From a virus: a stretch of DNA of 64,000 bases. The stretch's first letter is position 1, and each line of letters begins with the position of its first letter. Location: IMG/VR virus record IMGVR_UViG_3300027976_000007, positions 1 to 64,000 of that record; one strand, given 5' to 3'. Below are positions 26,289 to 36,889 of this stretch, in pieces. The notes beneath the pieces were generated by a model, which was given only the letters and a program-made list of their open reading frames with translations, had not been told where the DNA came from and searched no databases. The position numbers and the translations under genes are program-made.

Positions 26289-27087
26289 ATATAAATTGTG
26301 GATAGTTATTCATTATTTCTAATATTTCTTGAGGATATGTTTCTTTTAAATCCTTTATCGAAAAGTTCATTCCTTCTCTATTAAATATATCTTTACCCTC
26401 TTGAAGGCATTTGTTTATGTGAGGTTTATTCCAATATTTGATGTCATTGAATTCGGTGTGGGAGAATGATTGGATCTTGTTTTTAATCATTTTCTCCCCA
26501 CCTAAATATGATAAATGCCATCCTGATGGAACTACAGTGAAATTGTTTTTTATATCCCTTAAATGTTGTATGGAGGATATTTTTTTTATAAATTCTCCTT
26601 TAGTAAGGGAGGTGCCTAACCAAAAAGGGTCTCTTGGTCCAATGCTTTTATTATTTATATAATAATAGAAAAATCCCATCGAAAAAACTGTTGGGGTAGG
26701 ATAATGTCTTATGTCCTGAGGGTTGGGTATCTCATCTAAATCCCCCATTAACACTAGGGCATCATCCTCTAAAGTATCTAAACCATAAATTAAAGCATTC
26801 CTTTGTTGATATTCAAAACTCCAAGCAGGTGAAGATGGGGTATATTCTTTATCTTTTAAAGAAAAGTCTAAATCCCCAGGATCTAATTCTACAGGGAGAT
26901 AAATTATTTTACCCCACCATTTTTTAAATCTTTCGACATTATCTAAATAAAAATAAGGTTTCAGCTGGTTTGTAAAGGTTTTATTGGCCTCACATATTAC
27001 AAACTTATCTACAACTTTATCTAAAATTTTCAGTCTTAATTCTAAAACATCCAACTCATCTCTAAAAGTAAAACAATCATATATCAT
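26272..27087 (-). CDS. Glycosyltransferase family 17-like
   Basis: IYDCFTF, E...TFT, QRN, GDLDEIP, GWHLSY and SFSH motifs. Confidence 0.85.
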   Translation of the reverse strand: MIYDCFTFRDELDVLELRLKILDKVVDKFVICEANKTFTNQLKPYFYLDNVERFKKWWGKIIYLPVELDPGDLDFSLKDKEYTPSSPAWSFEYQQRNALIYGLDTLEDDALVLMGDLDEIPNPQDIRHYPTPTVFSMGFFYYYINNKSIGPRDPFWLGTSLTKGEFIKKISSIQHLRDIKNNFTVVPSGWHLSYLGGEKMIKNKIQSFSHTEFNDIKYWNKPHINKCLQEGKDIFNREGMNFSIKDLKETYPQEILEIMNNYPQFIYEIHS

Positions 27088-27308
27088 AAGGAAGTATATA
27101 ATAAATTTTGTTGTTCTTGTTTTTCTATAGTTTTATGATGGTGGATAGACCATACATCTTCCTCAGGTAAATAAGATATAGTCTCATAACCCTGTAAAGT
27201 TTCATGTACTTTGTTTATCCATTTTATTGATCCATTATTTTTATAGATCCTTCCTTGCATGTCTGACCAATTGATTATGGGTTTATAATATTTAACTTTT
27301 ATTTTCAT
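27084..27308 (-). CDS. GT2 C-terminal fragment (split gene)
   Basis: NWSD.Q.RIYKN...W.NKVHE...HHKT.EKQ.QN, typical of GT2 C-termini. Confidence 0.7.
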   Translation of the reverse strand: MKIKVKYYKPIINWSDMQGRIYKNNGSIKWINKVHETLQGYETISYLPEEDVWSIHHHKTIEKQEQQNLLYTSL

Positions 27309-27444
27309 TTCCTAACATTTTTATTTAACATGGATTGGGGGATTTTTTAATATTCTTTTCTTTTTGGTTTAATATTTTTTTCAATTTCACCGTTTTTAAA
27401 CCCTCAAAGAAATCCTAATTAAAATATAGGAGAAATCCGGAAAA

Positions 27445-27969
27445 TTAACCCTCCCTAATAATTAAATCGTAGATCTTTAAAAGGTTATACTCCTCTAAAT
27501 CTCGTAGGTTACTTAAATTAAATTCTTTTTCTTCTATATGAGATTCTAGTTTTGAAACCCTCCACCCCCACTTATCTATATGTTCTTTAGTAATTCCTTT
27601 TATAGTATTAATACGAGGTACCGATATAAGATCTATAGGGTTTGTTTCAATAACCGTTTTAATATGTTTTATGAAAAGAGGGTTAACCATTTCATCAGCA
27701 TCAAGGTTTATTATATAATCCCCACAGCATGATTTAGTTAGTTTATTTTTCATATCTGAAAAGTTTCCTTCAAAAGGGAAGGGAAACCATCTAAAGGAAT
27801 TGTTGACGGAGTGGGATCTAAGATATTCTTCTACTTTTGGAGATCCATTTTTAGAATCAAATAAAATAACGATTTCATCTTCAAGATCTTTATGTTCTAA
27901 GAGAAGTGATACTAATCTTTGGATTTCAGTTATTTCTTTACATACAGTAATAGCGAAGGAAAGTTTCAT
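27445..27969 (-). CDS. GT2 N-terminal part (split gene)
   Basis: LSFAITVC, NLDADE and VPRIN motifs. Confidence 0.8.
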   Translation of the reverse strand: MKLSFAITVCKEITEIQRLVSLLLEHKDLEDEIVILFDSKNGSPKVEEYLRSHSVNNSFRWFPFPFEGNFSDMKNKLTKSCCGDYIINLDADEMVNPLFIKHIKTVIETNPIDLISVPRINTIKGITKEHIDKWGWRVSKLESHIEEKEFNLSNLRDLEEYNLLKIYDLIIREG

Positions 27970-28009
27970 GATTAAGATTTTAATATATAGTTAATATATG
28001 ATCTTAATC

Positions 28010-28483
28010 TTAGGTTTCCAAATTTTCATTAAAAACCCCTATAAAATCCATAGCTTCTATAAAATCTTCTCTTTCAAACATTTTAAGAGATTTTATGTCG
28101 GTCTTATGGGTATAAAACTGATTTTTCTTTCCTGGTATAGGAAATTTTTTCTTTTCCTTTTTTGTTATAGGTACAGCTTTAACAGCCCCCCATTTCCAAG
28201 TCTCAACATCAACCCCATTAACAAAGACCATACCCACTTCCGGTATATTATAGGTTGAAGGGAACCATACTTTCCCTTCCTTGTCTTCATACATCAAATC
28301 TACATAGATGTTAGGGAGGATTTCTTTTTGTTTTTCATAGAATTCCTCTCCCACTCTCATTAGTGAGTTTGTTTGGAACCCGCAGGACCAACACATCCAA
28401 TTAGAAACTTTGTCTGATATTTCTTGTTTGAAGGCTGCATCTCCTCCACATTTATCACATATAGTTAATTGCCCTTGATCCAT
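28010..28483 (-). CDS. Zn-ribbon hypothetical protein
   Basis: CDKC...CWSC. Confidence 0.7.
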   Translation of the reverse strand: MDQGQLTICDKCGGDAAFKQEISDKVSNWMCWSCGFQTNSLMRVGEEFYEKQKEILPNIYVDLMYEDKEGKVWFPSTYNIPEVGMVFVNGVDVETWKWGAVKAVPITKKEKKKFPIPGKKNQFYTHKTDIKSLKMFEREDFIEAMDFIGVFNENLET

Positions 28484-28486
28484 AAT

Positions 28487-29800
28487 TTAAGTAATTTTTG
28501 TTAATTTAGGTAGTTGATTTTTAATTGAAGGGAGAGTAGGTAATTTTAATTGTACTATAGATGGAAGTTTAATTATATGTTGGTTAAAAACATCTCCCAA
28601 CTTGGAAGTCATTTTTTCTTTGTTAAATCTATCTCTATTATGTTTCCCCTGTTTTTTTCCTTTAACCTCCCATGTTTTATAATTTTTAAATATATCTAAG
28701 AAGAAATGACCTACTTGACCATGATCTACTGAAAACCATTGAGAACCCTCTATGAGCATTTCTTTTTCTTGAGCTGTTGGATGGATAGGAGTTAATGATC
28801 CTCCTATTAAAGCTGAAGTTGAGGGGTTTAAGAAATCAAGATGTCCTGAAAATCCACTAACCATTATAGGTTTTCCTGTAAATGAAAATTCTAATAGGGG
28901 TCTACCGAATCCTTCCCCTTTTGTGAGACTAACCATAGTTTTTATTTTTGGATGATTGTATATTTCACATATATCCTCATCATTAATATCCCCATGTAAG
29001 AGATAGACATTAGGTAGAGGTTTTGAAGATTTAGAGGTCTTTTTTAAGGAATTAATTCTATTCATAATTTCCCTCCGGTCCATATATGAACCTTTACCAC
29101 AGCTGGTTTTTAATAATAGAGCCGGTGGATTTTTTTCTTTCTTAAAAGTCTCATAAAATGACTTAACTAACAAACCTACATTTTTTCTATCTTCCCCAAA
29201 GTCTCCCTTAAGCCAATGCCCTACAAAAAGAAAGACGTTTTTATTAGGAATTGAATCTATAGTATTAAAGAGGGATTCATTTTTAAATTTTTTCTTTTTA
29301 GGGTCATAAATTTTAAGATCAGCACCTTCAAATATAACTTCTATAGGAGTATTTAGTTCTAAAACTTTTTGATCATCCCCGACTTTATATTTAGTACTTT
29401 CAAATACTTTTTTGGAATGTTCAGAAGGGACTATTATTAAATCCATTCTGTTACATCCTTCTAACCATTGAGGGGAACATATTGTAGTTTCTATTCCAGC
29501 TGTAATAAGACAATTCCATCTTCCTATTCTTTGAGCTTCTGAAGGGATAGTTATCCAGAACATATAATCTGGTTGATAATTTAAAGGTTCATTTAAAATG
29601 TAAGAGTTTAAGAAACCCCATTCCTCTTTATGGTCTTCAATAAACCCTGAAGTAGTATTACCCCAAGGACAAGAAATAATTTTTATATCCCACTCTTCTC
29701 CTTTTAATTCTATTATAGATTTAATTTTATCTCTAGAATTAGAAGAATAGCCACTATAACAATCTATAGGTGCGTATATAACACAAGTGTTTTTGTTCAT
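28487..29800 (-). CDS. Glycosyltransferase family 4
   Basis: DRKN and GEGFGRPLLE motifs. Confidence 0.9.
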   Translation of the reverse strand: MNKNTCVIYAPIDCYSGYSSNSRDKIKSIIELKGEEWDIKIISCPWGNTTSGFIEDHKEEWGFLNSYILNEPLNYQPDYMFWITIPSEAQRIGRWNCLITAGIETTICSPQWLEGCNRMDLIIVPSEHSKKVFESTKYKVGDDQKVLELNTPIEVIFEGADLKIYDPKKKKFKNESLFNTIDSIPNKNVFLFVGHWLKGDFGEDRKNVGLLVKSFYETFKKEKNPPALLLKTSCGKGSYMDRREIMNRINSLKKTSKSSKPLPNVYLLHGDINDEDICEIYNHPKIKTMVSLTKGEGFGRPLLEFSFTGKPIMVSGFSGHLDFLNPSTSALIGGSLTPIHPTAQEKEMLIEGSQWFSVDHGQVGHFFLDIFKNYKTWEVKGKKQGKHNRDRFNKEKMTSKLGDVFNQHIIKLPSIVQLKLPTLPSIKNQLPKLTKIT

Positions 29801-31290
29801 ATATATAAAAGTTTATGATTTAAAGTTCTAGGTTTGAATTCATCATCCTTATAAAATTCGTATTTTTCTCTGGGGGACCAAGTTTTAAATAGTTCCTCCA
29901 TCCCTTCTATTACTCTTTCTCCCATTCTTGAAGATGTGAAACCTATATTCTCTTTTAAAGCCCATTTCATCCCTTCTTCCCCATATAATTTTCTATCAAA
30001 AGGTTGAGTATTATATAGAGACTTTATAGCACCTAAAATGTCTTTAATATCACATCTACTATCGAATATATAAGGAGTTTGAGGTGAGCCTACTAAGGAT
30101 AATGATTTTGGAAATATAGGATAAGCCCAACTCCCATGATTTAAATAGGTTTTTTGATGGTTTGAAGGTACATCTTTATCGTTTACATATAATTCCCCTC
30201 TATTATCTTTAAAACCCATTTGGTCTTGCATCCCTCCCGTTACAGTGGCTATGAAAGGAGTAGCAGTTAATAAAGCTTCTGTTAAACTTAAACCCCAACC
30301 TTCAGCAGATGAAGGTAATATTACTCCATCCGAACAATTATAAAGATAATTCATATATTTTGGAGGTAATTTGCCTCCAGAGAGAGCTACATTATTACAG
30401 TCCCTACTAAACAAATATTCTATAGTTGCTTGAAGGTCAGTTCCTTCATTAGATATAGGTTCTGTATGGCAAATTAATAAACATTTATCTTGTTGTTCTT
30501 TAGGGAGTGAATCTGTAAATTCTTTCCATGCTCCTAAAATGTCAGGGATTGATTTTCTTCTTATGTTTCTCGAATTTAATAACAAGACAAAGTTCTTTTC
30601 AAGGCCTTTAAATAATTCAGATTTGAATTTTTCAAATTCTTCATCTTCTCCTTTTATTGGATAGAAAGTTTTTTCATCTAAACCATGAGGGATATATTTT
30701 AAGAGAATTGGTGTTTTTCTATTACCCGCCCCAAAAAAGTAATTAATACCAGAATCCATATCTTTATGGGAAACTTTATTATTTTCTAAACATAAATGAT
30801 TTATTACTTTGGTTTGTTTATTTATAGAAAATAAAGCATCACAAGATTCATAAAATTCCGAGTTATATAAAGGAACAGGCATATCATCCCATATATTAAG
30901 GTAGGCTATAGGAATATCTTTTCTAATTTCATTTTCCATCATAAATAACCATTCAAAATATCTAGGGTCGGTTATTAAGAATATGGCTTCTATTTTCTCT
31001 TTCTTTATTATTTCTAATATAAGTGATGGGGTACCATAACCTTTAACAGGATAGGAGATAAATGAAGCGTCCGCCACTTTAGATCCTTCAACAATCATAC
31101 TAGATAAATCTAATCTTTTACCTTGGTCAGGATGGTTTATACTTCCCGCAATTTGGACCCAATTATATTTATGACAAGTATTATATATAATTTCCCTCCC
31201 TATATGCCCCACACCACTATGGGATCTTATATCATCCGTTATGAGAAGGATTTTCTTCCTTTCGTCTTTTTTAATTTGGTCTTTTTTCAT
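29797..31290 (-). CDS. Glycosyltransferase family 4
   Basis: RNIRRK and EGWGLSLTEA motifs. Confidence 0.9.
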   Translation of the reverse strand: MKKDQIKKDERKKILLITDDIRSHSGVGHIGREIIYNTCHKYNWVQIAGSINHPDQGKRLDLSSMIVEGSKVADASFISYPVKGYGTPSLILEIIKKEKIEAIFLITDPRYFEWLFMMENEIRKDIPIAYLNIWDDMPVPLYNSEFYESCDALFSINKQTKVINHLCLENNKVSHKDMDSGINYFFGAGNRKTPILLKYIPHGLDEKTFYPIKGEDEEFEKFKSELFKGLEKNFVLLLNSRNIRRKSIPDILGAWKEFTDSLPKEQQDKCLLICHTEPISNEGTDLQATIEYLFSRDCNNVALSGGKLPPKYMNYLYNCSDGVILPSSAEGWGLSLTEALLTATPFIATVTGGMQDQMGFKDNRGELYVNDKDVPSNHQKTYLNHGSWAYPIFPKSLSLVGSPQTPYIFDSRCDIKDILGAIKSLYNTQPFDRKLYGEEGMKWALKENIGFTSSRMGERVIEGMEELFKTWSPREKYEFYKDDEFKPRTLNHKLLYI

Positions 31291-31299
31291 TTGTATAAT

Positions 31300-31473
31300 T
31301 TAAGGTTTTATATCTACCTGATGAATCATTTTTCTAAATTCTGGGTCTTTATTGTATAAATAAATAACCCTATCTGATAGTTTTTGGAAGCTAAATTTAT
31401 ACCTTATAGTATTAATTTTAAATTCATCCCAAGAAATATCATCTATTTTAACGCTCGTTAATCTTTGCCCCAT
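31300..31473 (-). CDS. Small ribbon-helix-helix-like protein (57 aa)
   Basis: Translated by hand: MGQRLTSVKIDDISWDEFK...SFQKLSDRVIYLY. Confidence 0.5.
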   Translation of the reverse strand: MGQRLTSVKIDDISWDEFKINTIRYKFSFQKLSDRVIYLYNKDPEFRKMIHQVDIKP

Positions 31474-31503
31474 AATGTTAATTGTTTATATATAAATATA
31501 TAA

Positions 31504-32505
31504 CTATTCTTCATAAGTAACAGAACAGAGTTTTGTTTTATAAAAAGGACACCAGTGACAGTTATTATTTATGATAGGTTTATGATCTGCATCTTTATAT
31601 CCTTGCTGGTCAAAGGCTTCTGTTATAAATTTTTCTAAAGCCTTAGAAGCCTTCCCTAATTTAATTTTACCTGATGGAGGTGAAAATCTTTGAATTTTAG
31701 GTATATTATATTCAGGATGGTCATATACTTTTCTCTTAAGAATAAAGAATTCAATTTTTATTTTATCTAAATTAATCCCAAACATTTCAGAAAAAAACTT
31801 CTTATATAAAATAAGTTGAAACTGTTTATTTTCATCCTTTTTAGCTTTGTCATTCCATCCTCTGGTACTGGTTTTTAAGTCGATTATATGAAATACCCCT
31901 GTAGGTTCATGGAATAATACGACATCTAAGTAACCCTGGTAAATAACGCGTTTAAAGCGGTGATTAGGCGTTAAAGTTATAGGTAACTCACATGCAACTA
32001 AATACCATCCGCGTTTGCTAAAATATTTGCTCCTATTCTTGACTATATGGTTAATAATCCCTTCCCCATCTTCAAAGAATTCTCCTAGTTCTTCTGGAGT
32101 ACTAAAATGGGAATTATTGTTTTTGACATATTGTTTTTTATATTCTTTTCTTAAGGCCTCTTCAAATATACCTAATATATCCTCTCTGTCAGCTTCTGCC
32201 CCACTTTTTTCATACATGATGGTTAAATAATGTTGGAGGGCTTCATGCAAGGCTGTTCCAAACACTGTATGAATGGTAGAGTTGAAAGTTTTATGACCTT
32301 CTACATAATTTAATGACCACTTTTTAGGGCATTCATTAAACATAGAAAATTGAGAATAAGAAATATTTTTTTGGAAAGTATAATCTATTTCTATAGGAGT
32401 ATAGTTTTGAATAGCTTCTATAAGTTTAGGGATGTACTTCTTTTTTTTCTTATTCTTAAGAGTAGGTTTATACTTTTCAGGGAACGAAAATAAATTATTT
32501 TCCAT
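31504..32505 (-). CDS. PD-(D/E)xK exonuclease (RecB/Cas4-like)
   Basis: SYSQ..CP, GYLD, IIDLKT, QL.LY and CHWC.....C motifs. Confidence 0.85.
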   Translation of the reverse strand: MENNLFSFPEKYKPTLKNKKKKKYIPKLIEAIQNYTPIEIDYTFQKNISYSQFSMFNECPKKWSLNYVEGHKTFNSTIHTVFGTALHEALQHYLTIMYEKSGAEADREDILGIFEEALRKEYKKQYVKNNNSHFSTPEELGEFFEDGEGIINHIVKNRSKYFSKRGWYLVACELPITLTPNHRFKRVIYQGYLDVVLFHEPTGVFHIIDLKTSTRGWNDKAKKDENKQFQLILYKKFFSEMFGINLDKIKIEFFILKRKVYDHPEYNIPKIQRFSPPSGKIKLGKASKALEKFITEAFDQQGYKDADHKPIINNNCHWCPFYKTKLCSVTYEE

Positions 32506-32677
32506 TATCTAGGACCAATTAATAAGCCTCTACTGTCTTTGGTTTTTTTATAGGTAAGAATTTGAATCATTTCATAGGTCTCCTTAATCTCTAAACTCTT
32601 AGATAAATCACCATCATTATAATGATCAATAAGAGAACTTAAGTGAGATTCTAATTCCTCTATTTTTTCTCCTATGC

Positions 32678-32917
32678 TCATATTACATGTTTTGAATATT
32701 CTTCTCTAAGGTCAGCAGGTATAGTATCCTTTATTATTTTATTAGTTATAGGATCATAAAAAACAGGGATTGGTAATAAACCATCTTCCTCCCCACCAGA
32801 AAGGAATTTTGAGACTTTTCTTAATATTACTCCTTGCTGGAATATCACTCCACCTTCAGGGGTTTCAATACTGGTGGTGGATTTTAAATCCAAATTCATT
32901 TGAGGTACTTGTTCCAT
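32678..32917 (-). CDS. Hypothetical protein
   Basis: 79-aa ORF in the replication operon. Confidence 0.7.
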   Translation of the reverse strand: MEQVPQMNLDLKSTTSIETPEGGVIFQQGVILRKVSKFLSGGEEDGLLPIPVFYDPITNKIIKDTIPADLREEYSKHVI

Positions 32918-32918
32918 T

Positions 32919-33371
32919 TTATTTTGTTTTTAATAAATTTTTAGCTTCTTTTCCATCTATCCCATAATCCTCTAAGATTTGACTAAACCATTCTTTAGGC
33001 ATTATTCTTAAATAATCATTAGATTCTTTTATTGAGATATCAAATAAATTAGATATCAGTTTTAATTTATCTTCATTTAGTTTTGAAGATTTTGATTTTA
33101 TATATGGTGAATATGTTCTATTGTTCTTAGGTATAAGATTTGAATATATTCTATATAGTTTTTCTTTGTCTGAAGTTAGGGATTGTATTTCATCTATAAG
33201 TTCAATATATGAGGGGTTCATACTTAAAAATAAACTTATCATATATGGATCAAAAGTTTTCCATTGTTCAGGAGTAAAAGATTTATAATCGGATTTAGTT
33301 TTGATTATTTCTTCTAACCATGAAAATATATTCCATTTTTTATTCTTCACCATCAATATTCTTGATTTCAA
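32919..33371 (-). CDS. Clamp loader small subunit (gp62-like)
   Basis: FDPYMISLFLSM motif; adjacent to the AAA+ subunit. Confidence 0.7.
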   Translation of the reverse strand: MKSRILMVKNKKWNIFSWLEEIIKTKSDYKSFTPEQWKTFDPYMISLFLSMNPSYIELIDEIQSLTSDKEKLYRIYSNLIPKNNRTYSPYIKSKSSKLNEDKLKLISNLFDISIKESNDYLRIMPKEWFSQILEDYGIDGKEAKNLLKTK

Positions 33372-33375
33372 CCCT

Positions 33376-34296
33376 TCATGAAATTACTTTTAGAAGTTTA
33401 GCTAAAGTAGATACTATGTTGATCTCTTTATTTAATCTACTTTGGGTCTTATATAAACCCTCCTCTATTAAAATTATAATTTCAGCAGTGTCTCCTTTTT
33501 TGTCATATTCCTCTATATTTTCATATAAGAATCTATATACATCCTCAAAATCATTTTTATTAGCATCAACTAATATTTGTCTTAGATTTTTTAATGAACT
33601 TCTATCTGGGGATTTAAGTATATCTAATACTAATTCTTTCCAATTATCTTGTGAATTTGTTATTTTTCCTAATTTTATTTCACCTTTTAAAGTAAATTGA
33701 TCACAAAGGTTATACATACTCCTCAAATCAGGATAAGTACTATTTATGATGGTAACTAAATCCTCCTTACTATATTTTATTTCTTGTTGATCTAATATTT
33801 CCATTAAACGTTTTCCTACTACCTGTTTTGATGGAGGTAATAATTCAAATTCTTGTAAACGGCTCCTAAGAGGTTCTATTAATCTTTCAGGAAAGTTACC
33901 TGTTAATATGAACCTAGTATTTAAACTAAAAGTTTCCATCATATTTAAAAGCAATACTTGACTCGCTTCTAGAATATGAGTTGCTTCATCTAGAATAACT
34001 ATTTTTAGAGGTTTAAATGAACCCGCAGAGGCAAAAGATCCTACTTTTTCTTTTATAGAATCCATCCCCCTATTATCCATAGCATTCAAATATAAAAAAT
34101 CACAATCTATATTTTTGGCTAAAATTTTGGATAAAGTAGACTTCCCACATCCTGGAAGTTTAGAGAACAAACCTATATGAGGTATGTCTTGTTTCTCTAT
34201 ATATTCCTCAAATTTATTTTTCTGATCTTCATCACAAATGAAACCTTTTAAAGTATCAGGTCTAGCAAGCTCATTAAGAATTGTATGTTTCTTCAT
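33376..34296 (-). CDS. Clamp loader AAA+ subunit (gp44/RFC-like)
   Basis: RP, PGCGKS, VILDEA, LRSR and PDLR motifs. Confidence 0.9.
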   Translation of the reverse strand: MKKHTILNELARPDTLKGFICDEDQKNKFEEYIEKQDIPHIGLFSKLPGCGKSTLSKILAKNIDCDFLYLNAMDNRGMDSIKEKVGSFASAGSFKPLKIVILDEATHILEASQVLLLNMMETFSLNTRFILTGNFPERLIEPLRSRLQEFELLPPSKQVVGKRLMEILDQQEIKYSKEDLVTIINSTYPDLRSMYNLCDQFTLKGEIKLGKITNSQDNWKELVLDILKSPDRSSLKNLRQILVDANKNDFEDVYRFLYENIEEYDKKGDTAEIIILIEEGLYKTQSRLNKEINIVSTLAKLLKVIS

Positions 34297-34332
34297 ATAT
34301 TTAATATAACATAAATTTAATTAAAGGCCAAA

Positions 34333-34614
34333 TTATATACCTTGTTTAAATGTACCATAGATACTATATTCTTTAGGGGGAGATGGTGGGTGTACTTCTA
34401 CTTCCTCTATATTTACCGAATATAAGTTTCCTCCTATAGGGTCTAAGTAAAAAGCTTTATTAAATCCTGTATTTTGGAAGTATGCTTCTAAAGCTTCTGT
34501 AAGGGAATTATATACCGTAAGGGATGATTTTAATACCCAATTATCTCCATTTGTCCCTTTGAGAGGTCTTCTGGTAGCTATAAGGACTTTTGACTCTATT
34601 ATTTCTTTTTCCAT
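34333..34614 (-). CDS. Hypothetical protein
   Basis: 93-aa ORF. Confidence 0.65.
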   Translation of the reverse strand: MEKEIIESKVLIATRRPLKGTNGDNWVLKSSLTVYNSLTEALEAYFQNTGFNKAFYLDPIGGNLYSVNIEEVEVHPPSPPKEYSIYGTFKQGI

Positions 34615-34615
34615 A

Positions 34616-36268
34616 TTAATACATACTTTGCATCATATTCTGAGATGATTCTTCTGATTTATCTTCGGGAATATCTATTATTACAGCTTCTGTAAGTAAT
34701 ACTATTCCTGCCACAGAACAAGCATTTTCTAATGCTACTCTACAAACTTTAGTAGGGTCTATAATCCCTTTTTCAATCATGTTAACTACGGTTTCTGTTT
34801 TTAAATCAAAACCAAAATGAGGAGATGAACCTGCTTTACCTTTTTTTAGGATTTCATCAGTTATACTAAATATTTCTTGAAGAGAATATCCGGCATTTTC
34901 TAATATTTTATTAAAGGGGGATGAACATGCTCTATAAACTATACTTTGACCTGTTTTGAAACTTTTACTACTACTTTTATCTTCAATTATAGCTTCTTTA
35001 GCAAACAATAAAGCAACTCCTCCTCCAGGTATAATTCCTTCTTCTAAAGCGGCTTTGGTCGCATGTAAAGCATCATCAACGCGGTCCTTCTTCTCTTTCA
35101 TTTCCGTTTCACTATTCCCACCAACATGGATTATAGATACTCCTCCTACCATTTTAGCTAATCTATCTTGCACTTGTTCCTTCTCAAATGGTGACTTTGA
35201 AATGTCTATTTGGTTTTGAAGTTCTTCCACTCTAGAATTAATAGCTTCTTCATCTCCCTTCCCATCAATTATAGTTGTTTGATCTTTAGTAATGTTGGCT
35301 ACTCTGGCCTCACCAAACCATTCATAACTAAACTTATCAAGTTTCATACCTTTACTTTTACTAAAAACTTGACCTCCTGTAAGAGTAGCTATATCTTCTA
35401 ATATAAGTTTTCTTCTATCTCCAAAGTCTGGAGCTTTGACAGCACATACTTTTATAGTTCCTCTTGCTTTGTTAACTATAAGGGTAGCTAAGGCTTCATG
35501 GTCTATGTCTTCCGCTATAATTAAAAGAGATTTATTGCTGGAAGATACAGACTCTAATATAGGAAGAAGTTCTTTAACTTGAGTAAATTTTTCATCTGCA
35601 ATTAATATATATGGGTTTTCTAAAGTACAAGACATTTCATTATTGTTGGTGACAAAGAAATGGGATTTATATCCTCTATCAAACTGCATACCTTCTACAT
35701 TTTCAAGAAAAGTCTCTCCTGTTTTTGATTCTTCTATATGTACTATTCCATCTTTCCCTACTGTTTTTACAGCTAAAGAAATAAGTTTCCCTACTTCAAC
35801 ATCATTATTAGCAGAAATCATAGCTACTTGTTCTAGTTGGAAGTCTTGAGAAATATCTTTTGATATATGTTTTTTCAAATGATCAATAACTTGAGAAACC
35901 GCATTGTCAATTCCTCTTTTAACCTCTACAGAATTAACTAAGGGATTAATTTCTTCCGCCCCCAGGTTTACCATTTGTTGAGTTAGTAGTGTAGAGGTAG
36001 TAGTTCCATCCCCGGCTTTATCCGAAGTGTTAATTGATGCTTGCTTTACCATCTGCGCTCCTATATCTTCTACAGGATCATCAAGTTTTTCTATAGCTTT
36101 AGCAACAGATACTCCATCCTTGGTAGAAGTAACTTCTCCATTTTTAATATAGACGGCGTTTCTACCATTAGGTCCTAATGTTGATACTACAGCGTCTGCT
36201 AACTGGTTTATCCCTTTTATAAGTTTAGTTCTTCCTTGGGTTGAAAGATGTATTTTTTGTTTTTTCAT
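34616..36268 (-). CDS. groEL: Chaperonin GroEL
   Basis: [23 protein letters not shown] and GGGVALL motifs. Confidence 0.97.
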   Translation of the reverse strand: MKKQKIHLSTQGRTKLIKGINQLADAVVSTLGPNGRNAVYIKNGEVTSTKDGVSVAKAIEKLDDPVEDIGAQMVKQASINTSDKAGDGTTTSTLLTQQMVNLGAEEINPLVNSVEVKRGIDNAVSQVIDHLKKHISKDISQDFQLEQVAMISANNDVEVGKLISLAVKTVGKDGIVHIEESKTGETFLENVEGMQFDRGYKSHFFVTNNNEMSCTLENPYILIADEKFTQVKELLPILESVSSSNKSLLIIAEDIDHEALATLIVNKARGTIKVCAVKAPDFGDRRKLILEDIATLTGGQVFSKSKGMKLDKFSYEWFGEARVANITKDQTTIIDGKGDEEAINSRVEELQNQIDISKSPFEKEQVQDRLAKMVGGVSIIHVGGNSETEMKEKKDRVDDALHATKAALEEGIIPGGGVALLFAKEAIIEDKSSSKSFKTGQSIVYRACSSPFNKILENAGYSLQEIFSITDEILKKGKAGSSPHFGFDLKTETVVNMIEKGIIDPTKVCRVALENACSVAGIVLLTEAVIIDIPEDKSEESSQNMMQSMY

Positions 36269-36278
36269 GTTTTGTTTC

Positions 36279-36581
36279 TTATTTAATAACAGCTAATATT
36301 TGTTTCTCTGGACCTATAAAATATTCTTGTCCTTTAAATTCGAACCTGGTAAAACCCATAGTAGGAAGAACAACTACATCCCCTATATTAATTCGGGTTG
36401 GGATAAGATTTCCCATAACCGAATAACTTCCGGGCCCTACATCTACTACAGTTCCTTTCTTATTTATATCTTTCCCTAAATCTGGTACTATAATAGAACC
36501 ATGAGATTCTTCTTCATCCTCAAAGGGTAATACTATAACGGCATCAAAGAGGGCAGTGAGTTTTTGTTCTTTTTTATTCAT
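36279..36581 (-). CDS. groES: Co-chaperonin GroES
   Basis: GSIIVPD, GTVVDVGPG, IGDVV and ILAVI motifs. Confidence 0.92.
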   Translation of the reverse strand: MNKKEQKLTALFDAVIVLPFEDEEESHGSIIVPDLGKDINKKGTVVDVGPGSYSVMGNLIPTRINIGDVVVLPTMGFTRFEFKGQEYFIGPEKQILAVIK

Positions 36582-36879
36582 CTATTTTTAATTTTTCCAT
36601 TAAAGTTTTCAATTCGTCATTTATATTTTGAAAAGTTTGAAGGTAGGAATTAATTGAGGTATATTCCTTTTGATCCTCTTGAACTTTTATAGTGCTTATT
36701 TTTTTAAGTACATCACCTAATTTAGGATAAAAACCTAATTTAGAATCAGAAGAAACATAATATTTCCCTTTTGTTCTACTTTTAAATATAGTATAACAAT
36801 ATCTATCTTTAGATAGATAATAGGGGTCTAGATTCTTATCTTTTATAATAACATTAAGTTGGACTTTACCTCTACTCAT
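36574..36879 (-). CDS. Hypothetical protein
   Basis: 101-aa ORF. Confidence 0.65.
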   Translation of the reverse strand: MSRGKVQLNVIIKDKNLDPYYLSKDRYCYTIFKSRTKGKYYVSSDSKLGFYPKLGDVLKKISTIKVQEDQKEYTSINSYLQTFQNINDELKTLMEKLKIDE

Positions 36880-36889
36880 TTTTTAATTT

